DNA from: Pirellulales bacterium
GTDB lineage: Bacteria > Planctomycetota > Planctomycetia > Pirellulales > JAICIG01
Length of the DNA: 64,000 bases
Assembly: GCA_040901675.1 (NCBI GenBank)
Contig: JBBDYJ010000029.1
Span: forward strand, 1 to 64,000
Reading direction: 5' to 3'
Below are positions 9,920 to 17,503 of this stretch, piece by piece (position 1 is the stretch's first letter; every line of letters starts with the position of its first letter). Made by a program: the position numbers and the translations under genes. A model generated the notes under the pieces. It was given only the letters and a program-made list of their open reading frames with translations. It did no database searches and was not told the DNA's origin.

Positions 9920-10807
9920 CTAGTTCTGCCGGCGCTGACCGGTTGCCGGCCGGCGGGCAGTGTCGGCGCCGCTTTGTTCCTCGACCTGCTTCAAAAGCTC
10001 CTTGGCATGCTCCAGATGCTGCTGGGCCGTTTGCTGGCCCTGCGCAAGCGTCTGCTTGAGTTCGGGCGAGGCCTGTTGCTGGAACACCTTCAGCGTGTCG
10101 AGCATTTCGATGTGTGCCAGCACTTGCTGGCCGAGGTAGCAGCGATCAAATTCCTGTTCGGACTTCTCTTCCAACTCACGCTGGAGCGAGGCCACGTGCT
10201 GCTGGCCGATCTGCCGCTTGAGCTGGATCAGTTGGGAGTCCATTTGGCCGGCGCCGGCCAATTGCTGACCAGCCGCCGGGCGTGCTTGACCCTGCGGGTT
10301 CTGGCGGCCTGCCTGGAGCGCCGCCTTCTGGCGGTTGGCTTGGCCTTGCGCGTTCAGCCGGTCCTGCGGGCTCTCGGCGTCGCGGGCGCCCGCCTTTTGG
10401 GGGTTGCCGCCGGCCGCGGCTGTGCCTTGCCGCAATTGATCGAGGAACTGCTGATGATCTTCGATCATCTGGCGGGCAAATTGCTTGACCTCGTCGCTTT
10501 GCGCGCGCTGTTGAGCGAACTCGGCCAGCGCGATCTCGCCCTGGTTGCCGATCTCGAGCCAGGCGATCAGCATTGGATCGAGTTGCCCGGCCTGCTGGGC
10601 TCGACCCGCCTGTGGGCGGGCGATCTGCTGGCGCTGGCCTGCCTGCCCGGCCTGCCTGGCTTGCCTGGCTTGGGACCCCGCCTGGGTGGCCTGGTCCTGC
10701 CCTTCTCTGCTTGGGTCATCCGACTGCTGGCTCCAGGCGGCGCCCGCCAGTGCCAGCGCCGGCACCAGTGCAAACACCGCGGTCTTGATGCGAACTGACG
10801 TGTGCAT
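9920..10807 (-). CDS. DUF4142 domain secreted protein (ferritin-like), Gln/Ala-rich
   Basis: Signal peptide, GNQGEIALAEFAQQRA, VKQFARQMIEDH, FDRCY..QQVLAH and QHLEHAKEL. Confidence 0.85.
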   Translation of the reverse strand: MHTSVRIKTAVFALVPALALAGAAWSQQSDDPSREGQDQATQAGSQARQARQAGQAGQRQQIARPQAGRAQQAGQLDPMLIAWLEIGNQGEIALAEFAQQRAQSDEVKQFARQMIEDHQQFLDQLRQGTAAAGGNPQKAGARDAESPQDRLNAQGQANRQKAALQAGRQNPQGQARPAAGQQLAGAGQMDSQLIQLKRQIGQQHVASLQRELEEKSEQEFDRCYLGQQVLAHIEMLDTLKVFQQQASPELKQTLAQGQQTAQQHLEHAKELLKQVEEQSGADTARRPATGQRRQN

Positions 10808-10882
10808 CCGTGTACTCCCTCTTTGGGTGAAAAGTAAAACGCTCTGACGAACAATCCGTCAGCGTTCGGAGCCCCACGCTCC

Positions 10883-10897
10883 GCAAGTTCGATGCCC
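10883..10897 (-). promoter_or_regulatory. Putative sigma54 (-24/-12) promoter
   Basis: Minus strand GGGCATCGAACTTGC fits GG-N10-GC with TTGC, about 75 bp upstream of the DUF4142 start. Confidence 0.55.
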
Positions 10898-10995
10898 GCC
10901 TTGAGCCGGCCGAGCTGATCACTCGCTTTTCCCATCCGGGCATCGAGCCGACTGCGCGGCACCCCCCATTCAGCGAGCCGCGCCTGCTGCACGGA

Positions 10996-11315
10996 GAAAG
11001 CAGCTCGGGTTGCACTGCTTCTCGGAGCCGGCACGTCGGGTCTCCTCCAAGCAGTGGCACACGATGGGGCCCCCATTCAGCGATAGCCGTGCCTGCCGCT
11101 AGAGAGGCGGCAAAGTGCATGGGGAAGCTAGCTTGGATTGCACTGCTTCTCGGAGCGGACGCGTCGGCCACTCCAAGCTGTGGCACGGGCAAAACAAAGT
11201 CCGTGGTCGCGATGCGCGCATGGTGGCCGATCCTGCGCCATCGTCGTTATGCGAAAGCAGCTCGAGTTGCACTGCTTCTCGGAGCCGACATGTCGGCTCC
11301 TCCAAGCAGTGGCAC
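10996..11315. repeat. Array of three ~64-bp hairpin repeats (10996-11060, 11124-11186, 11253-11315) with 63- and 66-bp spacers
   Basis: Core TTGCACTGCTTCTCGGAG...CTCCAAGCWGTGGCAC repeats at a 128-129 bp period. Confidence 0.9.
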
Positions 11316-11337
11316 GGGGACAGTTGGGATCCGGCTG

Positions 11338-12942
11338 CTAGCTTCGCGTCCAGTCCGGGATCTGCGGCAGTAATCGCCGGATCAGCCGTAGCAGCCTGGC
11401 GCGGTCGATCGGCTTGGTGGCAAAGTCGTTGCAGCCCGCGGCCAGGCATTTCTCGCGATCCTCGCTCATAGCATGAGCGGTCAAGGCCACAATCGGGCCC
11501 GGGTAGCCGAAGCCGCGTAATTCGGCTGCCGCCTGGTATCCGTCGAGCACGGGCATCTGCATGTCGAGCAGGATCAAATCGAACGGCCTGCCCGCCGCCC
11601 TGGCCGCCAGCGCCTCGTCGACCGCCTGGCGGCCGTCCTCGACGACGCGCAGCTCGGCGCCTGCTTTGGTGAGGATGTACGACAGCAGCCGCTGGTTGTC
11701 CGAGCCGTCTTCGGCCAGCAGCAAGCGGGCGCCCGGCAGGTTGAGTGTCCCGTAGTCCTGTCCCGCGTCCGGCTCCACCGCGTCTCGATTCGTGGGCGTT
11801 TCGCTCAGGCCGCCGCGGTCAAGCGGGCCGATCGGCACCGACAGCGAGAATGTGCTGCCCCGGCCCGGCTGGCTCACCGCCGTGACGTCGCCGCCCAGCA
11901 TCCGCGCCAGCCGCCGGCTGATCGCCAGTCCGAGGCCGGTACCGCCGAACTCGCGCGTCGTGGCCGGGTTGGCCTGGGTGAACGGCTGAAACAGCCGCTC
12001 GAGCTGTTCGGCCGCGATGCCGATTCCACTGTCGATGACGTCGAACACGACGCGGGGCTGGCCGCTGTGGAGGGGGCGGGCGCACAGCCGGACTTCGCCC
12101 GTTTCCGTGAACTTGATCGCGTTGCCGACCAGGTTGATCAGTATCTGCCGCAGACGAATGGGGTCGCTCCGAAACGCGGTGGGCAACGGGCTTCGAAACT
12201 CGACGGCCAGCGGCAGGCCCTTGGCCTCGGCGCGTCCGCGCATCAGGGCCGCCACGTCGGCCAGCACCTGGCGAGGCGAGCAGGCAATCGACTCCATGCG
12301 GACCTTGTCGGCTTCGATTTTCGACAGGTCGAGAATGTCGTTGATGATCTCCAGCAGGTACTCGCCGTTGCGGCGGATGGTGTCCAGAGCCACCTGCCGC
12401 TCGCCGGGGCCAAGGTCGGGGTCGAGCAGGTTCTCCGCAAAGCCGAGGATGGCCGTCATGGGCGTCCGGATCTCGTGGCTCATGTTGGCCAGGAATTCGC
12501 TCTTGGCGCGGTTGGCTGCCTCGGCCGCCTCCTTGGCCTGCTGCAGTTCGAGCTCGATCCGTTTTCGCTCGATGGCGTAGCGGATCGACCGGGCCAGCGA
12601 GTCGGTGTCCAGGTAGGCTTTGGGCAGGTAATCCTGGGCCCCGGCCTGGATCGCCTCGAGCGCCAACTCCTCGTCGTTGACGACCGTCAGCACGACAATG
12701 GCCATCGTGGGAGCATGTTCGCGGAGGCGCGTCAGCGAGCGGATGCCGACTTCGTCGGGCAAGGTCAAATCCAGCAGCGCGACGTCGAAACCTTCGCCGG
12801 CGCGATTCAATGCGGTTGCCAACCGGTCCACGTGCTCGAATTCGAAACGCCGGGTGCGGCTGGAGCCCAGCGCAAACTGAACCAACTCCGAGAAGGTTGG
12901 GTCATCCTCCACCAGAAGGACTTTGATGGTTGGCGCGATCAC
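11338..12942 (-). CDS. Cytoplasmic hybrid histidine kinase (REC-HisKA-HATPase-REC)
   Basis: [43 protein letters not shown] and [11 protein letters not shown]. No TM segments. Confidence 0.95.
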   Translation of the reverse strand: MIAPTIKVLLVEDDPTFSELVQFALGSSRTRRFEFEHVDRLATALNRAGEGFDVALLDLTLPDEVGIRSLTRLREHAPTMAIVVLTVVNDEELALEAIQAGAQDYLPKAYLDTDSLARSIRYAIERKRIELELQQAKEAAEAANRAKSEFLANMSHEIRTPMTAILGFAENLLDPDLGPGERQVALDTIRRNGEYLLEIINDILDLSKIEADKVRMESIACSPRQVLADVAALMRGRAEAKGLPLAVEFRSPLPTAFRSDPIRLRQILINLVGNAIKFTETGEVRLCARPLHSGQPRVVFDVIDSGIGIAAEQLERLFQPFTQANPATTREFGGTGLGLAISRRLARMLGGDVTAVSQPGRGSTFSLSVPIGPLDRGGLSETPTNRDAVEPDAGQDYGTLNLPGARLLLAEDGSDNQRLLSYILTKAGAELRVVEDGRQAVDEALAARAAGRPFDLILLDMQMPVLDGYQAAAELRGFGYPGPIVALTAHAMSEDREKCLAAGCNDFATKPIDRARLLRLIRRLLPQIPDWTRS

Positions 12943-13181
12943 TTCTTGCTCGTGCTGCTTGGAGAGGCGAGACCAGCCTGAAAAACGTAGCTTGCACTTG
13001 GCCCGGCCGGCGTGCCGAAACGCTCCAGTTCGCAGCGACCGGATTGATCCGGCCGGGACAGGTGCCTCACGTCCCGGCGCGCCGGGATGAGGGCCGCTTT
13101 ATGTGCGGGGTCCCGCAGCGCGTGCGTAACGGTCGCAGCGGCTGTAGCGGACGGGAGCGTCCAAGCCGGTAGAAACCGGAC

Positions 13182-13616
13182 CTACTCGACCAGGGCCGTG
13201 ATCGTGAAGGCCAGGCTGGGAGCCTGGGGGTCGTTGGTGTCGTACTCGGCCATGTGCCGGACCTGGCCGAACCAGCGGGAGGTGTCCAGCTCGATCACTA
13301 CGTTTAGCGACTCGCCGGGGGGCACGACCAGTTGAACCGGCGGCGTTTCCTCGCCGCAGCAGTTGCCCCGGTCGGTGAGAATCAGCCGCCGCGTACCCCG
13401 ATTGGACACGGCAAAGGCTACGCGATGCGTGGTGCCCTGCCGGAGACGGCCTAGGTCGCGTTCCCGCCGGCCGGTTGCCAGCCGTGGCGCGTCTGGAACG
13501 CCGGCGCTGGCCACCGGCCATGAACTGAACGTCCAGGCACTCCACTTGCCCAGGGCCAAAGCCGACCCGGCGACAATGCAAACGACGGCAATCGAGCGCC
13601 AGGTCGGCAGTTTCAC
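13182..13616 (-). CDS. DUF1573-like Ig-fold protein
   Basis: N-terminal hydrophobic segment, DLG...F.VSN.G...L, CC, VVPPGES and TNDP. Confidence 0.75.
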   Translation of the reverse strand: MKLPTWRSIAVVCIVAGSALALGKWSAWTFSSWPVASAGVPDAPRLATGRRERDLGRLRQGTTHRVAFAVSNRGTRRLILTDRGNCCGEETPPVQLVVPPGESLNVVIELDTSRWFGQVRHMAEYDTNDPQAPSLAFTITALVE

Positions 13617-13625
13617 GGCGAGCGC

Positions 13626-14870
13626 TCAGTCCACCAGGGCCACCCGGCGCGGGAACTCATCGATGCCCAGGTCCAGCGATTCATCGTAATGAACCTCGCC
13701 GCCACCGGTCATCGTCAGCGTGCGGCCGATCGCGGCCCCGAACATGTCGGCGGCGCCGTCGATGGTGATGGCCGTGTTCGGCCCATAGATCAACCCATAA
13801 AAGTCGTTGTTGCTGGTGATGTCCGCCGTGCCGCCGGTCATCAGGAACTGCAGGTTGGCCGCGATCTGCGTGTTGTTGTTAACGAACGTGCCGCCGGCGC
13901 GCCTCATGTCGCCGGTAACGTAAATCGTCGTCGGCCCGCTGAGGTTCAGGACCGATTGGCCTTCCAACGTGAAGTTGTTGAAGTAGTACGTTCCCGGCGG
14001 CATGTCGTAAACCTTGGTGCCGTCGAGCAGGAAGTTGCCGCTGCCGTCGACGAGGCTCACCCACGAATTGCCTTTCTTAACAGGGGGCAGCGACGCGTTG
14101 TCGTTCACGATGGCCGCCTGGCTGGCATCCACCGGCGGCATGTTGAGCGGCTTGAGCCGCGAGCCGATCTCGCCGGTCACTGTGGCGCTGCCCGTGATCG
14201 TGACGTCGTATCCCTTACCTGCCCGGGCGCTGCCTTGCACCAGCGCGGTGCCCTCGACGGAGATCGGCCCGTCGCTGCAAAGCCCGGCCTCGTGGCCGGC
14301 GGTGGCCGCGTTGTATGCCCCTTCGACGCTATCGTAGCTGTCGGTGCGGGGGGTGCCCGGCACGGAAACATACTCGATCCCGATCAGCGGGCCGCACAGA
14401 CCCCGGTCCGACATGGCGGTGGCGTCGGCCTCCACGTTGGCCGAATCGACTCCCAGAACCGGTGCAAAGAACAGCGTGAGGGGACTGCCCGAGGCTTCGG
14501 TACGTCGCATCGTAATCCGCACGGCGTTCACGGAACGCTTCGCCGGGGGCGGGGTGTGGAACACCGCGTCGTCGTCGTCCCAATAGCCGAAGACCACGTC
14601 AGCGGGGTCGAGCGTGCAAGGAAGCGAGGCGTTGGCGATGTTGTAATCGATGGACATCTGGATCGCCGCAGCCGAGGCGGCCGCCTCATTGGGCAAGTGC
14701 TGCGCCGCGGCCAGCGCGATGGCGTCCGTGGTACGTTGCAGGTCGGTGCGAGCGTGGACGATGTAGCCGACGTCCACCGAGAAGGCCACCAGCGCCAGGA
14801 AGACCGCCATCAGGATGGCGGCCAGCACCGTGACCGTTCCCCGCCGAGCGTGTTTTCGTTTCGGTTGCAT
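13626..14870 (-). CDS. TadG-like pilus/adhesin protein, paralog 1 (414 aa)
   Basis: Prepilin-like RRG|TVTVL, VDVG...LQ..DA.ALAAA, and a C-terminal beta-helix-like region (GLIYGP...VHYDESL). Confidence 0.85.
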   Translation of the reverse strand: MQPKRKHARRGTVTVLAAILMAVFLALVAFSVDVGYIVHARTDLQRTTDAIALAAAQHLPNEAAASAAAIQMSIDYNIANASLPCTLDPADVVFGYWDDDDAVFHTPPPAKRSVNAVRITMRRTEASGSPLTLFFAPVLGVDSANVEADATAMSDRGLCGPLIGIEYVSVPGTPRTDSYDSVEGAYNAATAGHEAGLCSDGPISVEGTALVQGSARAGKGYDVTITGSATVTGEIGSRLKPLNMPPVDASQAAIVNDNASLPPVKKGNSWVSLVDGSGNFLLDGTKVYDMPPGTYYFNNFTLEGQSVLNLSGPTTIYVTGDMRRAGGTFVNNNTQIAANLQFLMTGGTADITSNNDFYGLIYGPNTAITIDGAADMFGAAIGRTLTMTGGGEVHYDESLDLGIDEFPRRVALVD

Positions 14871-14911
14871 GTTGTATCTCCCCTCGTTGTGCCCGCCGCG
14901 GTCCGGGTTGC

Positions 14912-15391
14912 CTATTCAGGACGCTCCGCATTCATCACGGACTGCGCGAACAGCGTTGTGTTTTTCAAGAACCAGGGGCTGGGAAGCCAACTCACGTCAG
15001 TAAACGGGACGCTCACGCTTACCGTTACCGGATCGCCCATCCCGGCCGACGACAGATTGGAAGGCGACACGGTCACGGTGGCGCCCGAAACCGAGTTGCT
15101 CTTGAGGTAGTTCTCCACCACCGTCTTCACTTCCGAGGAGGTCGACTGCTCCAGGATGGCCCGCCGTGCCCCTTCCCGCGAACCGTTCGTCAGCACCTGC
15201 TGGACCATCAGCATCCGCCCATACTCGATCATTCCGAAAACCAGCAGAAAGAAGATCGGAGCGACGAACGCAAACTCCACGACCGCCGCGCCGCGGCGCC
15301 GCGACCGGCGGCGCAAGCGGTTCGGCCGGCTGGCCGGCCTGTCCTGCGCTGCGCTGGTGCGCGTATCGCAATGATTGGCAATGACTCGCAT
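14912..15391 (-). CDS. TadE-like pseudopilin
   Basis: RRG|AAVVEFAFVAPIFFLLVFGMIEYG...SREGAR. Confidence 0.92.
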   Translation of the reverse strand: MRVIANHCDTRTSAAQDRPASRPNRLRRRSRRRGAAVVEFAFVAPIFFLLVFGMIEYGRMLMVQQVLTNGSREGARRAILEQSTSSEVKTVVENYLKSNSVSGATVTVSPSNLSSAGMGDPVTVSVSVPFTDVSWLPSPWFLKNTTLFAQSVMNAERPE

Positions 15392-15639
15392 CGATCACCT
15401 CGCATGTAGTTGTCGGGACTCTTCCTGGCCCCAGGTGGACAAGACATGGCCGAAACAACTCGGAATCCACCTAATGGCAAACATGGCTCATGCCGGACGA
15501 TTGTCAAGCCAAAGTTTGCATGCGACGCTGAGCCAAAACACAATATGCCGTTTTTGGCCGGCAATCCGGTAGATGCAGAGATTCCGCCTCAAAGGGCAAG
15601 TCGTCGCGGGCCGCCGTTTTGCTTCATGGCGACGCTCGG

Positions 15640-16884
15640 TCAATCCACCAGGGAGATCCGGCGGGGAAACTCATCCACGCCCAGGTCGAGCGATTCATCG
15701 TAATGAACCGCGCCGGTTCCCGTGACTGTGAGCGTGCGGCCGACCACAGCCCCGAACAAGTCGGAATCGCCCGAGATGGTGATCTCCGTGTTCGGCCCAT
15801 AAATCAGCCCATGAAAGTCATTGTTGCTGGTGACGTTGGCCGTGCCGCCCGTCATCAGGATTCGCAGGTTGGACGGGAGCTGCGTGTTGTTGTTGACCAT
15901 TGTGCCGCCGGCGCGCTTCAGGTCGCCGGTAAGGTAAACGGTGGTCGGCCCGCTGAAGTTCAGGACCGCCTGGCCTTCCAGCGTGAGATCGTTCAAATAG
16001 TACGTTCCGGGCGGCATGTCGTACGTCTTCGTGGCGTTCAGGTGGAAGTTGCGGTTGGCGTCCAAGGGACTTACCCACGAATTGCCTTGCTGAATCGGTG
16101 GAAGCGACGCATTGTCGTTCACTATCGCCGCCTGGCTGGCATCGACCGGCGGCATGTTGAGCGGCTTGAGCCGCGAGCCGATCTCGCCGGTCACTGTGGC
16201 GCTGCCCGTGATCGTAACGTCGTATCCCTTGCCCGCTCGGGCGCTGCCTTGCACCAACGCGGTGCCATTCACGGTGATCGGCCCGTCGCTGCAAAGCCCG
16301 GCCTCGTGGCCGGCGGTGGCCGCATCGTAGGCACCTTCGACGGTATCGTAGCTGTCGGTGAGGGGGGTGCCCGGCACGCGAATATACTCGATCCCGATCA
16401 GCGGGCCGCACAGGCCCCGGTCCGCCATGACCGTGGCGCTGGCCTCCACGTTGGCCGAATCGACTCCCAGAACCGGGGCGAAGAACAGCGAGAGGGGATT
16501 GCCCGTGGCTTCCGTGCGGCGCATCGTAATCCGCACGGCGTTCACCGAACGCTTCGCCGGCGGGGGGCTGTGGAGCACGGCGTCGTCGCTGTCCCAATAG
16601 CCGAAGACCACGTCGGCGGGATTGAGCGTGCAAGAAAGCGAGGCGTTGGCGCTGTTGTAGTCATCGGACATCTGGACCGCCGCATTTAAGGCGGCCGCCT
16701 GATCGGGCAAGTGCTGCGCCGCCGCCAGCGCGATGGCGTCCGTGGTCCGTTGCAGGTCGGTCCGAGCGTGGACGATGTAGCCCACGTCCACCGAGAAGGC
16801 CACCAGCGCCAGGAAGACCGCCAGCAGGATGGCGGCCAGCACGGTGATCGTTCCCCGCCGAGCGAGTTTTCGTTTCCGTTGCAT
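15640..16884 (-). CDS. TadG-like pilus/adhesin protein, paralog 2 (414 aa)
   Basis: Colinear with and highly similar to 13626-14870, with the same length (1245 bp). ATG at 16884 has an AAGGAG RBS. Confidence 0.88.
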   Translation of the reverse strand: MQRKRKLARRGTITVLAAILLAVFLALVAFSVDVGYIVHARTDLQRTTDAIALAAAQHLPDQAAALNAAVQMSDDYNSANASLSCTLNPADVVFGYWDSDDAVLHSPPPAKRSVNAVRITMRRTEATGNPLSLFFAPVLGVDSANVEASATVMADRGLCGPLIGIEYIRVPGTPLTDSYDTVEGAYDAATAGHEAGLCSDGPITVNGTALVQGSARAGKGYDVTITGSATVTGEIGSRLKPLNMPPVDASQAAIVNDNASLPPIQQGNSWVSPLDANRNFHLNATKTYDMPPGTYYLNDLTLEGQAVLNFSGPTTVYLTGDLKRAGGTMVNNNTQLPSNLRILMTGGTANVTSNNDFHGLIYGPNTEITISGDSDLFGAVVGRTLTVTGTGAVHYDESLDLGVDEFPRRISLVD

Positions 16885-16924
16885 GTTTCTATCTCCTTCG
16901 TGTGCCCACCGCGGCCCGGGTCGC

Positions 16925-16990
16925 CTGTTCAGGCGTTCCGCATTCACGGACTCCCTCTCACCGTCAGCGGGTCGCTCATTGCCGACCGAC
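16925..16990 (-). pseudogene. Deleted remnant of a second tadE copy
   Basis: ttcaggcgttccgcattcacggac and ctcaccgtcagcgggtcgctcat match 3' segments of tadE (14912-14945 and 15015-15050). Confidence 0.65.
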
Positions 16991-17311
16991 CCATGGGCGT
17001 GGGCTCGCCGCCAGTTGCCTTTGTTGTGGGACAGCTCCTCAGCCCCAGGTGGACGAGACATGGCCGAAATAACTCGGCGTCTACCCAATGGAAAGCATGG
17101 CTTGTAACGGGCGCTCGTCAAGCGAAGGTTCGGCCAATCAAGGTAGGTGTGCGGCCTGTATCGCGCGTCCGCGTGGAAGAGGGGGCGCCGGTTGGTTTGG
17201 CCGGGCAGCCGCTGCAACTGATTCAGCCGTTAAACCTGGCGCGACGGCTGCAGCCGTTCGGCGCGGTTTTGCCATCAGGCCACCCCGGCATCCGTCAAGA
17301 GTGGCAGAACC

Positions 17312-17387
<76 letters not shown>

Positions 17388-17402
17388 GGAAGCCGCTCCT
17401 GG

Positions 17403-17432
17403 ATCGTAGAGCGCATCGGCGCGTCATGTCAA
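17403..17432 (-). promoter_or_regulatory. sigma70 promoter of tRNA-Val
   Basis: TTGACA-N18-TACGAT on the minus strand, 15 bp before the tRNA. Confidence 0.7.
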
Positions 17433-17503
17433 TTCAACACGGCGGCGTTGTGTCTATAATCGAGGCACCGCTTCCCCACCGACGTGCCTGCCTGGAGCTC
17501 GCT

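Noticed and set aside
10996..11315. Canonical CRISPR array
   Set aside because: The ~64-bp repeats vary internally, single copies occur elsewhere, spacers are 63-66 bp, and there are no cas genes or AT-rich leader.
11089..11373. 94-aa ORF with internal repeat ALLLGAD
   Set aside because: It is a translation of the 129-bp-period DNA repeat, with no RBS or protein-like features.
15409..15517. c-di-GMP riboswitch in the tad leader
   Set aside because: The GGCAAAC-like motif is on the non-coding strand and the consensus architecture could not be matched by eye.
16885..17217. 111-aa N-terminal extension of TadG paralog 2
   Set aside because: The region is promoter, leader and tadE remnant. Paralog 1 and the RBS place the start at 16884.
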